Origin: Octopus sinensis
Taxonomy: Eukaryota
Direction: 5' to 3'
NCBI RefSeq assembly: GCF_006345805.1
Contig: NW_021832761.1
Coordinates: forward strand, 1 to 32,552
Length of the DNA stretch: 32,552 nt
The translations under genes were made by a program, and so were the position numbers. Below are positions 21,291-32,538 of this stretch, in pieces. Positions within the stretch are counted from its first letter, which is position 1; each line of letters begins with the position of its first letter. The notes below the pieces were generated by a model, which was given only the letters and a program-made list of their open reading frames with translations, ran no database searches and was not told the origin of the DNA.

Positions 21291-21919
21291 GAAGAAATAA
21301 AGCATATTGTGCTTAACCGATTCTGCCAGTTTGACATCATCACGCATACGCACTCAGTCATGTACACAATGGACGTGCTAATGTATATGCATATTCACAC
21401 ATATATATACACTCACATAAATACACACATATATAAACATATGTATACACATACATATATACACATTAATATACACACATCTATACACACGGAATTTTAT
21501 CAATGAACAGGTCGCGGTCTCAAAGCGACGAAAATATTGGGCAAATTAAATTTAAATGTTGAAGTGAATCTAACGGTTTTTGTGTTTCTTAAATGGCTTA
21601 TAAACACCTTCCACGCTGCAACTGTTTATATATATATATATATGAATGCATGCATATATACATGTATACATATATATGAGTGTGTGTGTGTGTATATATA
21701 TATATGTATATATGTATATACGAATGCATACTCATACACATATCTATATGTACATATATAATTTATATGATGGATAGTATTGACAGTGAATCGAAGGTTC
21801 GCACTGCTAAGCCATCATCGGACATTGTACTCTACCAAACCTATTGCTTAATCCTTCAATTTAATGAAAAACTACTTTCCTTATACCATAAAAACAAACA
21901 TTAACACACACACACATAT

Positions 21920-22100
21920 ATATAGTAAGAATTTGCAAAAAAACCCCAAAAAACAACAACAAAAGAACAAAAGACGAAGACGGGTTTGTAAACAACAAAC
22001 ATGTATTAGTTTAACGCTCGGGAAGTGAGAAAGTCTTTTACGTTTCGAGCCTAGGCCTCTTCGACAAAAAGGAACACAAAAGTAAACAGGGACAAGTACG
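21920..22100 (-). mobile_element. Penelope-like pLTR fragment with degenerate hammerhead-like motif
   Basis: Minus strand TTGTCGAAGAGGCCTAGGCTCGAAACGTAAAAGACTTTCTCACTTCCCGAGCG; same family as 5975-6177 but retaining a segment deleted there. Confidence 0.6.
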
Positions 22101-22364
22101 GATTGAGAGAAACAACAATAGGAAACAGCAGAAAGTACAAAAAGGGTTTAGAAAAGTTCAAAAGGGTCAAACGTCGTAGTGTATTGGAGGGATTTCTCAT
22201 CAAAGGAAGATTCCAGTGTAATCCATGGGTAGGAGAGGTGCAGCCGAAGTGCAGAAGTCCAGGTGTAGGAGAGTAGAAGAGATTTTTTCGTCACTATTTC
22301 TAGCCCGAGAGCAGCAGGCTTGCTGGTGCACGAGTGTTAAAATATCGGTTTCAGATTCTGGCAC

Positions 22365-22480
22365 AAGGCCAGCAGTTTGTGGAGAGTGGAGAAGTCGATT
22401 AATTCGACCCCACTGTTGAACTGGTATTTCTTATATCACCCACAAAAGAATGATAGGCAAAGTCGACCTAGGCAATTTTT
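22365..22480 (-). mobile_element. Degenerate SINE family B fragment
   Basis: GTCGATTAATTCGACCCC...CTGGTATTT...GGCAAAGTCGACCT. Confidence 0.65.
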
Positions 22481-23096
22481 TGTACTAAGAGCATAAAGTA
22501 TATATATACATTCATAGTATCATACATATATATATATACACACACATATACCTAGACATACGCACATGCATACATTTATACAACTACGTACATGCGCATA
22601 TATATGTGTGTATATATATATGTATGTATGTATGTATATGCGTGCTATATAGATATATTTTTCCATATCACATTTCGTCCATGTGTAATTTCTTTAAACT
22701 TGATACTAAAGAATATGAAGTATTTTCGTGCTATATTTCTGTTCCTCGTTACTGTATTACCTTATCAGTTTTAATGGAGGTCGCACGCACACTCATCAGT
22801 ACACCCTCCGTCCGTCCGTCCGACCAGCCACTCATACATACATATATACATACATACATACATGCCTACATACATACATACATACATGCATACACATACA
22901 TACATACTCTCATATGCACCTACCAAGTTATACACATACATAAATACATACATTCATAGACATTCATTCATTCATCCATCTACACATACATACCTACATA
23001 TTTATATGTATACACTATACATGCATGTATTTACACGCACGCACACACACACACACACATATACATACATGCTTACATATACATATGCATACATAC

Positions 23097-23148
<52 letters not shown>

Positions 23149-23186
23149 CATATATATAAGGTTAATCCAAACGATATATATATATA

Positions 23187-23240
<54 letters not shown>

Positions 23241-23418
23241 TCATACAATATGTACATGCATATATGTATACTTACATACAATCAGCTATCCAGCCAGTCA
23301 GCCAACCAACCAGCCGAAATGCAAGTACATCCATAAATACATACATACCTGCATACATACATTTCGTTCTTGGATTTGGTTTGCTGATTCTTTATATGAG
23401 TTCGTGTGTTGAAGCATA

Positions 23419-23802
23419 TTCTGTTGTGTCTGGGGAGCGTCATTTTCTTTTTGTGCCTTATAATTTAACACACTCACCGCTAAAATTTCCACTTATTTCT
23501 TATTTTTATTTTCCTAAAATTTTCGTTGCCTCTTGCAAAGTTTTCAATAGTCTTGACTCATGTCGATTGTATTGATTAGGTTCGTCTGTCCAATTTTCAA
23601 TTATTTCTTATTTTCATTGTCCTAAAATTTACGTTCCGTTTTACAACCGTTTCAATCGTCTCGACTAAGACTACTGAAAAGGTTGCAACACGCAAAGAAA
23701 AATTTTGGACAATAAAAATAAGAAATAAGTGGAAATTTTACGGGTGAGTCTGCTAAAGTATAAGGCACAAAAAGAAAACGACTCTCCCCAGACACAACAG
23801 AA
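23419..23802. mobile_element. TA-flanked foldback MITE with 136-bp arms and an extra internal subunit
   Basis: 23419-23554 versus reverse complement of 23667-23802: 120/136, ungapped; TA at 23417-23418 and 23803-23804; third copy of the inner subunit at about 23597-23666. Confidence 0.9.
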
Positions 23803-23841
23803 TATATATACGTACACATATCCATCTTATATGCACATATA

Positions 23842-24247
23842 GGCGCAGGAGTGGCTGTGTGGTAAGTAGCTTGTTTACCAACCACATGGTTCTGGGTTCA
23901 GTCCCACTGCGTGGCACCTTGGGCAGGTGTCTTGTACTATAGCCTCGGGCCGACCAAAGCCTTGTGAGTGGATTTGGTAGACGGAAACGGAAAGAAGCCC
24001 GTCGTATATATGTATATATATATATGCGTGTGTGTGTTTGTGTGTCTGTGTTTGTCCCCCTAGCATTGCTTGACAACCGATGCTGGTGTGTTTATGTCCC
24101 CGTTACTTAGCGTTTCGGCAAAAGAGACCCATATAATAAATACTGCGCTTACAAAAGAATAAGTCCCGGGGTCGAGTTGCTCGATTAAAGGCGGTGCTCC
24201 AGCATTGTCGCAGTCAAATGACTGAAACAAGTAAAAGAGTAAAAGAG
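23842..24247 (+). mobile_element. SINE family A, full-length reference copy
   Basis: GGCGCAGGAGTGGCTGTGTGG (A box), GGTTCAGTCCC (B box), CCTTGGGCAGGTGTCTT (CORE-like), (TA)n(TG)n, Nin-like segment, tail. Confidence 0.93.
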
Positions 24248-24708
24248 TATATGCATGAATATATACATACATAGGTGCATGGATGCATTTATACATACAT
24301 ATATGCGTGTATGCATGCATACATGTATACATACATACACACACACAAACACTTATTTACATGCGTCTTTGGATACGTAAGCACATTAACGCACACTGCA
24401 AAGTGGATCTTTTATTCAGTGGGAAAGAAATTAAGGAATTTTGAAAATAAACACGTAAGAACATATAAAAACATTGAATATACGTCAGCTGCTGTACAGA
24501 TGTTACCATTTCTACGGAATCATTGAGAAAGAAATATTTCCGGACCACTGCCCCACTACGTACAACTTCTCAGATTTCTATTCCCACTTTATAAATTTAA
24601 TATTTGAATTCATATTATGTTTTTATGTCTGAGTGATAATCTCGAAAAATTATGGTTTTCAGACAAATATTATGATCATCTAATATAGGGTTTACTACTG
24701 GAATGCCG

Positions 24709-24771
<63 letters not shown>

Positions 24772-24921
24772 CAAGCAAAGCAACAATCTAGAAATTGGTT
24801 AATTTCAGAAAAGCCTTGCAATTTCTATGCAAATAAATGTGTAACCTTTTACTCATCTTAAATTCAAATGATGGAATCTATAAGACAAATACACCAGTTT
24901 AAAAAGTATTATATATGTATG

Positions 24922-24955
<34 letters not shown>

Positions 24956-25016
24956 ATATATATACATATACTTGAATACTAATCGCTAATTTTGAACTAA
25001 TACTGCTTCCGACGCT

Positions 25017-25086
25017 AATAATAATAATATTAATAATAACAATAATAATAATAATAATGATGATAATAATAATAATAATAATAATA
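25017..25086. repeat. (TAA)n-rich trinucleotide microsatellite
   Basis: Direct tandem run with AAC and GAT variants. Confidence 0.9.
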
Positions 25087-25187
25087 TATATGTATATAGA
25101 TAGATAGATATATACACATACACACATACATACATATATATATATATATAAACATATATATATATATACATACAAATACATACAAAT

Positions 25188-25231
<44 letters not shown>

Positions 25232-25365
25232 CTATGCATGTGCATGTATATATATACATATATATATATGTGTGTGTGTTGTGTATCTATATATATGTAT
25301 ATAGTGAAAAAATATATAGAAGATGCACAGACGAACGGTAAGCGTTTATTGAGAGGTCTATGAAC

Positions 25366-25407
<42 letters not shown>

Positions 25408-25469
25408 AACATATATAGGAGACCTAGGAGTGCTCACATCAACAATAGGGTCGATATAGCTCGTAGGAT

Positions 25470-26460
25470 GATCACATTGGTGAAGAAGCATCCATCCTGC
25501 TGAATAAAAATTGTTATCAACAGCGGATATTACGTCATCATCACTGTGACACTAGTTCCCAGCCAAGTATTTTTTTCATGTTGGGGAACAGATGATAGTG
25601 TGTTGAGGAGAATATGGAGAATCAAGAGAATTTGGAGGGTGGTTAAACAGTTCAAAGCTACAGTCGTGCACAACACCCATTGAAACCAAGTGTTTGCATG
25701 CTGGAGCATTGCTCTGATGAAGCAAGATTCCATTTCGTCAGTTTTCTTCGGCGTTTGGTGTTTGTAGCCGTTTTTAACTGACTCAACAAGTTAGCATATT
25801 ACTCTTCATTGATGGTATGGCCTTTTTGAAAACAGCCAAGGAACACAATGTCTTTTGCATCTGACAAAAACTGAAGACATCACTTTCCCGAGGATGAAAC
25901 GACCTTGGCCTTCTTTGAAGCATGTGGAGAGGAATATTTCCACTTCATGGATTGTCTCTTTGTCGCAGGCTCAAAGTGATAAATCTAACACTCATTCTGG
26001 CTTAGGAAACGTCCAAGGAAATCAGCTTGATCTACCGCAAACAATGCTAGATTCTCCCGTGATGTTATCAGCCTGATGCACTTTTGATCAAATATCAAAG
26101 GACGTGGTACTCACCAAGAAGAAACCTCCGTCATGCCAAATACATTGTGCAAAATATTCTTTTCTCAATGTTATCTAGTAATAGCATTGGCTGTTTTATT
26201 TATAATCAATCGCCTCTCATCTATCACTACGTGGTGAATGCAATCAATGTTTTCTTCGTTGGTGGTAGGCGCAGGACGTCCAGCCATAGGGTCATCCTCA
26301 ACACTCTCTCTTTCCCTCATAAACTGAGCTGCCTACTTTTGTTCTGTCGTTGAAGCTGGAGCGTCATCTCCTAATGTACCGGCATGAATATCGTTAAGGG
26401 CTAAATTCTTCAGCTGTAAGTATTTGATTACACCACGATGCAAAATTTTGACGGTTTTCA
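25470..26460 (-). pseudogene. Mariner (DD34D-type) transposase pseudogene
   Basis: Minus-strand translation gives HRGVIKYLQ, ESVEDDP.AGRP, *VPR (26102-26113), FLSQNEC*IYHFEP.TKRQSMKW (25967-26008), GKVMSSVF, HQSNAPA (25699-25722) and HPP.S...PYSP; many stops and frameshifts; no TIR recognised. Confidence 0.9.
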
Positions 26461-26564
26461 AGAGAAGTCGCTACTAGTTACTTTAGAAGACTTCTCCGAA
26501 CAGTTACATATCTGTTTACCTGGAAAGAAACAATGTAGTTATTAATAAGAAATGTTTGAGTTTA

Positions 26565-26680
26565 TCTTTTATCGTTTCAGGGTCGATAAATTCCGTACCA
26601 ATCTAGCACAGGAGCCGATGTTATCGACTAGCCGCCTTCCAACGAAATTTCATGCTTTGTGCCTATAATATAAAGAAAGG
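26565..26680 (+). mobile_element. SINE family B 3' fragment with the alternative tail
   Basis: TTTCAGGGTCGATAAATT...GTACC...GATGTTATCGACTAG...GCTTTGTGCCTATA. Confidence 0.6.
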
Positions 26681-27178
26681 GTTCTTGCTGCTGTTGTTGT
26701 TGCTGTTGATGTTTATGTTGTTGGCCATCCCGTATCAGTTCCCGCTTGAAGACTAACGTAGTGAAAGCGATATCTATGGATTGACAGAATTGCTAGAGTG
26801 TCGAAAAGAGCTTGCGGTATATAGTTACTACTCTTTAAGTTAAAATCACTCCTATGTAACAAACTAATAGGGGTATCAGCCCCCATATCCGGTGGGAGGA
26901 GACTTACCTTCTTTGAAAAAGAAATCCGACATATTGCAACGCTTACCAAAATTAGATGACTGTAAAGTTCTCAACATATCCAACGACTTGGCAAAGCAAA
27001 GAGTTATGTAGATACAAGCTATAACTCAGCAATTACAGTGAGGAGAGAACCGATAAAATTTCGAAATTTCTTTTTTGTTTTATAAAGGGATTGACATTTG
27101 TTTATGTGAGGACCACTAGTCTAAGGTCATACTGTAATAACAGATGACTTTGATACATATACATACATACATAATACG

Positions 27179-27210
<32 letters not shown>

Positions 27211-27408
27211 ATCATCATCATCACCGTTTAACGTCCGTTCTCCATGCTAGCATGGGTTGGACGGTTCGACCGGGGATCTGGGAAGCCAGAAGGCTGCACC
27301 AGGCCCAGTCTGATCTGACAAGGTTTCTACAGCTGGATGCCCTTACTAACGCCAACCACTCCGTGAGTGTAGTGGGTGCTTTTTACGTGCCACCTGCACT
27401 GGTGCCAG
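27211..27408 (-). mobile_element. RTE-type family C retroposon 3' part, (GAT)n tail
   Basis: Minus strand ends CCAACCCATGCTAGCATGGAGAACGGACGTTAAACGGTGATGATGATGAT; 14-bp palindrome CCATGCTAGCATGG at 27242-27255; contains GGTTGGCGTTAGTAAGGGCATCCAGCTGTAG. Confidence 0.75.
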
Positions 27409-27440
<32 letters not shown>

Positions 27441-27720
27441 TATATATATATATACACATCCATCCATATATATATATATACCTGTATAGATCCAAACATT
27501 GTATACGGCTCAGTATACAAGGTTAGGCCTATTTGAAAATCAGGACGCTGGTCTATGGCACAACACGAGAAAAAGCGAGAACAAGATTCAAGCAAAATGC
27601 TCAGCATACATCTTCTGTACCTGTGTATATGTATATGCAAATCTGCATATATACTTCTATGTATATGTGAATATATATATATATATAATATATATATGTA
27701 TATATATATATGTATGTATA

Positions 27721-28046
27721 GAATAGTAGGGTAGTCAGAAATTTGGATGATTATGTATATATTATTTATTTATTTTCATCTTATTTACATTCTTAGCGCT
27801 TTCTTCCGTTATCGGATTTATCAAAAAATGATTTAAAATTAGATTTCTTGTGGTTATTATATATAAAGAATTGCTTGGCAAACCCCAGAAAATTCTTTAT
27901 ATATATATAAAAATGCCAAGCAATCTGACTTTAAAGCATTTTTTTGATAAATCTGATAAGGGAAGAAAGCGCTATAAATATGAATAAGATGTAAATAAAT
28001 AAATATATATATATAATCATCCAACATTCTGACTACCTCATTATTC
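27721..28046. mobile_element. TA-flanked near-palindromic foldback MITE (~155-bp arms, short spacer)
   Basis: GGTAGTCAGAA...TAGCGCTTTCTTCC.TTATC.GATTTATCAAAAAA mirrored on the right; about 85% identity by eye; TA at 27719-27720 and 28047-28048. Confidence 0.88.
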
Positions 28047-28096
28047 TAAATATACAATAACTGTACATCACTTCAAAAGATCTCTCTGTCTCTCGG

Positions 28097-28188
<92 letters not shown>

Positions 28189-28350
28189 CGATATATATAT
28201 AGATTGATACATATATATATCCTATCACCTACACGACTAGCTGGCATATACAGGTGCTTACAGTTACCAAGTATTCACCCTGAATTTTATATATATATAT
28301 ATATTATATATATATATAGACACATCTATATATATGAATATATATATATA

Positions 28351-28393
<43 letters not shown>

Positions 28394-28409
28394 CGTGTTT
28401 ATGCATACT

Positions 28410-28629
28410 ACTTTTGTTTATTCAGTCATCGTATTGCGGCCATGCTGGTGCTGCACCATGAAGAGTTTTAGTCGAACAATCAACCCCAGTACTTAATTTG
28501 TAAGTCGGGCAATTATAGTTCTCCATTAAGGTACGGGGACGTAAACAACTAACAACCGATTGTGAAGCGGTGGGAGGGAACGCAAATGCAAAGACACGCA
28601 CACAGTCATACATACACTCACATACACCC

Positions 28630-28712
<83 letters not shown>

Positions 28713-28865
28713 TACACACGTTATATGACGGACTGCATTTAATTTCCGTCTACCAGATTCTCTCAAAAACTTTGGGTGGCCCGGAACAATAGTTGAAGGT
28801 ACTTGCCGAAGGTGCCATGCACTACCATAATGTTGTGTCGGAAGCTTCTAAAACACACAGCCGCG
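28410..28865 (-). mobile_element. SINE family A, diverged
   Basis: ATTCAGTCATCGTATTGCGGCCATGCTGG...GGGGACGTAAAC...TTTCCGTCTACCAGATTC...CACACAGCC. Confidence 0.75.
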
Positions 28866-29054
28866 TATCGTAGGTATATATGTGTGTTTTATTGAACCAG
28901 TTTTTACTAATATATGGTTATCTAGGACTACACTTTTAAATTACGTCCTTATTTTGTTTAAGACAGTGAGCGAGATTCGGTTTCTTTTTCAAGCAAGTAG
29001 CGTGACTACGCTGAAACATTCCCGTTGGCGTCTCCTAGTAAGTAATGTCGTTTC

Positions 29055-29370
29055 GAAGAGGTGATGAGGATGATGACGATGAGGACAACGACGACGACTA
29101 CGATGATGATGACTATATATGCGACGCCATCAATAATGTTGAAGTTAGCTGTTGTAATGCTGGTGTTGGGTGTAGTGGAGGTATATCTCTTTTGGTGGTA
29201 GTGTTCATAGCGGTGGCTGCGGAGAAGGGGCTAGATGTAATGGTGCTGGTTATGGTGGTGTTGGTGCAGGAGGTAGTGGAGGTGGTGGTGGTGGTAGTAG
29301 TGATGGAGATGGCAGTGGTGTTAATGGTGGTGGTGATGGTGGTGTACATGGTAGTTCTGGTTCTAGCGGT
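29055..29370. repeat. Compound GAT/GAC/GGT trinucleotide low-complexity tract
   Basis: Direct inspection. Confidence 0.85.
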
Positions 29371-29409
29371 TGATAAAGAACTCCCGAGTTAGTTGTAAAC
29401 GTAAGGGAC

Positions 29410-29545
29410 ACGATTATGGGGATAAAATTGATTGGGAAGAATTAAAATTGTTGGAAACCGGAAGTAGCCTCCATTTTGTAAGTGATATTGGCCCCATGGA
29501 AAACGTAATTAATTTTCTGATTGGATTAATGGATTTTCCGCTGCT
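29410..29545. promoter_or_regulatory. Possible cis-regulatory motif cluster (ETS, YY1-like, CCAAT, homeodomain)
   Basis: ACCGGAAGT 29457-29465, GCCTCCATTTTG 29467-29478, three ATTGG, TAATTAA and GGATTA; motif matches only. Confidence 0.25.
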
Positions 29546-29706
29546 GTGGTAGTGTTAGTAGGGTCTGGGTTGAAAATACTGCAGGACTCCAGCCTTTAAA
29601 ATCGACATACACATATGCAGGCGTAAATACACACATATATAAACACATAAATGCGATGATATAGCTATACACGCACGCGCGCACACATATATATGAACAT
29701 GGATGG

Positions 29707-29784
<78 letters not shown>

Positions 29785-29808
29785 CTCACACACAAATATA
29801 TAGACATG

Positions 29809-29842
<34 letters not shown>

Positions 29843-29875
29843 TAGATAGATAGACATGTATGCATAAACATACAC

Positions 29876-29952
<77 letters not shown>

Positions 29953-30749
29953 GGAGAGAGAGATGCACCTATGCATACGCATACATATCTAGATACGTCC
30001 CTTGCGTATGAGTATATGTATACACACACACGCACACCCATACACGCACACACACATATATGTACATATACATATACATGAAATCTGAAAATACACACAA
30101 ATACAGATACACACACGCGCACACACACGCACACGCAAACGTATATACATGCAAGCATAAATATACATCCATCTACTAGGGATCTTTACGATCAAGGCAA
30201 TTAACTCGGTAGCACTTCATGCTAATGGACACCTAGAAATGTGTATCATGAATACCCCTTGTGGATTAACCAATTAATGTAGCGGTAACTAGTTAATTAA
30301 TAATATTACGAAGCATGCGGTAAGTCCAAGGTGAGTCTAGTAAATTGTTGTACATTTACTGCTGAGCAAATATTAATAATAAATAAATGAGAATTAAGAC
30401 AACTTCATTCTTATTAATACATCATTATATATATATAATTCATATAAATGCAGTGAATATTTAATCACATAAGAGGTATCCATCATAGGATACCTGGCAC
30501 GCTAGAAGGAATAGCTAAAATTCAAACCACTTTTAGGGATAATATTTTAAGGGAATGAAAAATAAAAACATTTGCCATCTATCTCCTGGACCATGGTTTC
30601 TGACTTTATATTAATTATATATATATATATATATATTATCTCTCACCAGATGGAGTACTTTATTGTTGAATATTCTATCACGGAGCAGTATATTATATAT
30701 ATATATATATATATATAGATATATATATATAGATAGATAGATAGATATA

Positions 30750-30995
30750 CAGGGTTTCGACTAAATAATGGAAACACCTTAAAATTTCAAACAATTTTAT
30801 TTTAATATCGAGTAGGACTGCCTTTGGCAGTAATTACAGCAGGAATTCTATGAGGTATAAAGTAGTATATTTTTTGCATTGTTTCCAAAGGAATTTTTGT
30901 CCATTCTTCAGCTAAAACAGTCTCCAGTGGAGGATAGCGACTCCTTACAGGTTTTCTAAAACGCACCATAAATGTTCAATAATAATTAGATCTGC
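30750..30995 (-). mobile_element. Tc1-like DNA transposon terminal remnant
   Basis: TA|CAGGG...AATAATGGAAACACC TIR-like start followed by GCCTTTGGCAGTAATTACAGC and GGAATTTTTGTCCATTCTTC, which resemble the reverse strand of Tc1 transposase 3' ends as I recall them. Confidence 0.65.
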
Positions 30996-31067
30996 GGACA
31001 GACTAATCTTTTAGTAGCGCTTTTCACTAAAGCATATTACTCTGCCTCTGGTATTCGAGTAATATGC

Positions 31068-31114
<47 letters not shown>

Positions 31115-31120
31115 TATATA

Positions 31121-31454
31121 GGGGTAAAATATGCAAAATCAACGAAAATGTATATTGCAAATAGAAAAAGACTATTTATGACAGGTAGCGACAAATATAT
31201 ACATTTAGATTGACTGAGGTAGTAATACGAGTTATAAAGGTCATTTGAACAAACGATGAATAGCTTCGCGTAAAGCATTGGTTCGTTTTGTTCTCTTACT
31301 TTATTATCATCTTATAATCATGTCATAATAATGACCTTTATGACTCATATTACTACCTCAGTCAATCTAAATGTATATATTTGCCGTTACCTGTCATAAA
31401 TAGCCTTTTTCTATTTGCAATATGCATTTTCGTTGATTTTTCATATTTTACCCT
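31121..31454. mobile_element. Foldback MITE with 125-bp arms
   Basis: 31121-31245 versus reverse complement of 31330-31454: 117/125, no indels; TA on both flanks; 84-bp spacer. Confidence 0.92.
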
Positions 31455-31499
31455 TACATTTTCACGTGTATTTTACATTTTCTTTTCGTAACATATTTC

Positions 31500-31540
<41 letters not shown>

Positions 31541-31589
31541 TTCACTCACACACCCACACACATATACCAAATTGAAAAAGGTAGTACTG

Positions 31590-31650
31590 GAATCGGTTTC
31601 TTCGACTAAACCCATCAAGGTGGTAATCCAGCATGGCTGTAGTGCAATGA
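31590..31650 (+). mobile_element. Degenerate SINE family A tail fragment (similar fragments at about 14330-14370 minus and 17052-17125 plus)
   Basis: TTCGACTAAA...AAGGTGGT...CCAGCATGGC. Confidence 0.5.
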
Positions 31651-32444
31651 GTGAAGCATATAAAACATGTGTATGTGTGTGTGTGTGTGTGTGTGTCTAG
31701 GTGCGGGTGTGCGTATCAAGCTATATACCCATGTACTTAGGCATGTTTGTATGTTTATGGTGGTGGCCACATGTGCAACCATCTTAAATCCCCAAATCAT
31801 ACCCCATCAGCCGACCATCACCACAAACACGAGAGACGGAATGAAGAAACAACCCTTTAGACTGGGCAATCGATTTGCTAGAAATAACAACGAAATTTTC
31901 TCGTAATCACATTTGCGCTCTATGAAATGAAGTGATACATAAAATAGCCTCATCTTGATCTGTCATGGGTAATCCCCGCCAGTGGTCACATGTGGCCCAA
32001 GGCACTTTCTGAATACCACACCTTCAATTCCTTTAGTGGTGCGGCCCACCTGATAATAAGCCAATGTCTCATGCGGCCCACTTCTCAGAAAAGGGTTCCT
32101 CATGCTGACTTACATAAACTGTTTGAATAAAAACAAAAGTAAAAACAAGGAAGGTTACAAATGGAACGCTCTCAGTTGTATTTTTTCGGGTCAAATGTGA
32201 CCAGGGGCTAAACAGCAACAATAACACATGAATAATACTCACCAGCACCCTTGAATATATACTCACCGCCACCCCCACTATCATCACCACCGCCAACACA
32301 ACCTTTGTCACTATTGTCGCTGTTAGCATACATTGCACCCTGATGACCCCCCAAACGAATCTTGGACAATACATTACTGTATACAACCCAACAACACATC
32401 CCCTCATTGCCTTCTTTGCTTCTTTGTGTTTCCAGCAGACTGTT

Positions 32445-32505
32445 CATCGTTGTCGTCGTCATCATCATCATCATCATCATCATCTTCTTCTTTTTCCTCT
32501 TCTTT

Positions 32506-32538
<33 letters not shown>

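Noticed and set aside
23842-23915. tRNA genes at SINE heads
   Set aside because: A and B boxes are present but there is no complete cloverleaf, and each runs into a SINE body.
29045-29392. 115-aa acidic and valine-rich ORF resembling a membrane protein
   Set aside because: Fully explained by GAT/GAC/GGT trinucleotide repeats.
31215-31224. TGAGGTAGTA, identical to the first 10 nt of let-7, within a hairpin arm
   Set aside because: The match stops at 10 nt and the hairpin is a 125-bp MITE arm, not a pre-miRNA; chance is likely.
31980-32085. hAT/Charlie-like remnant (CAGTGG start; TG[T/C]GGCCC three times)
   Set aside because: No second terminus or 8-bp TSD; too degenerate to call.
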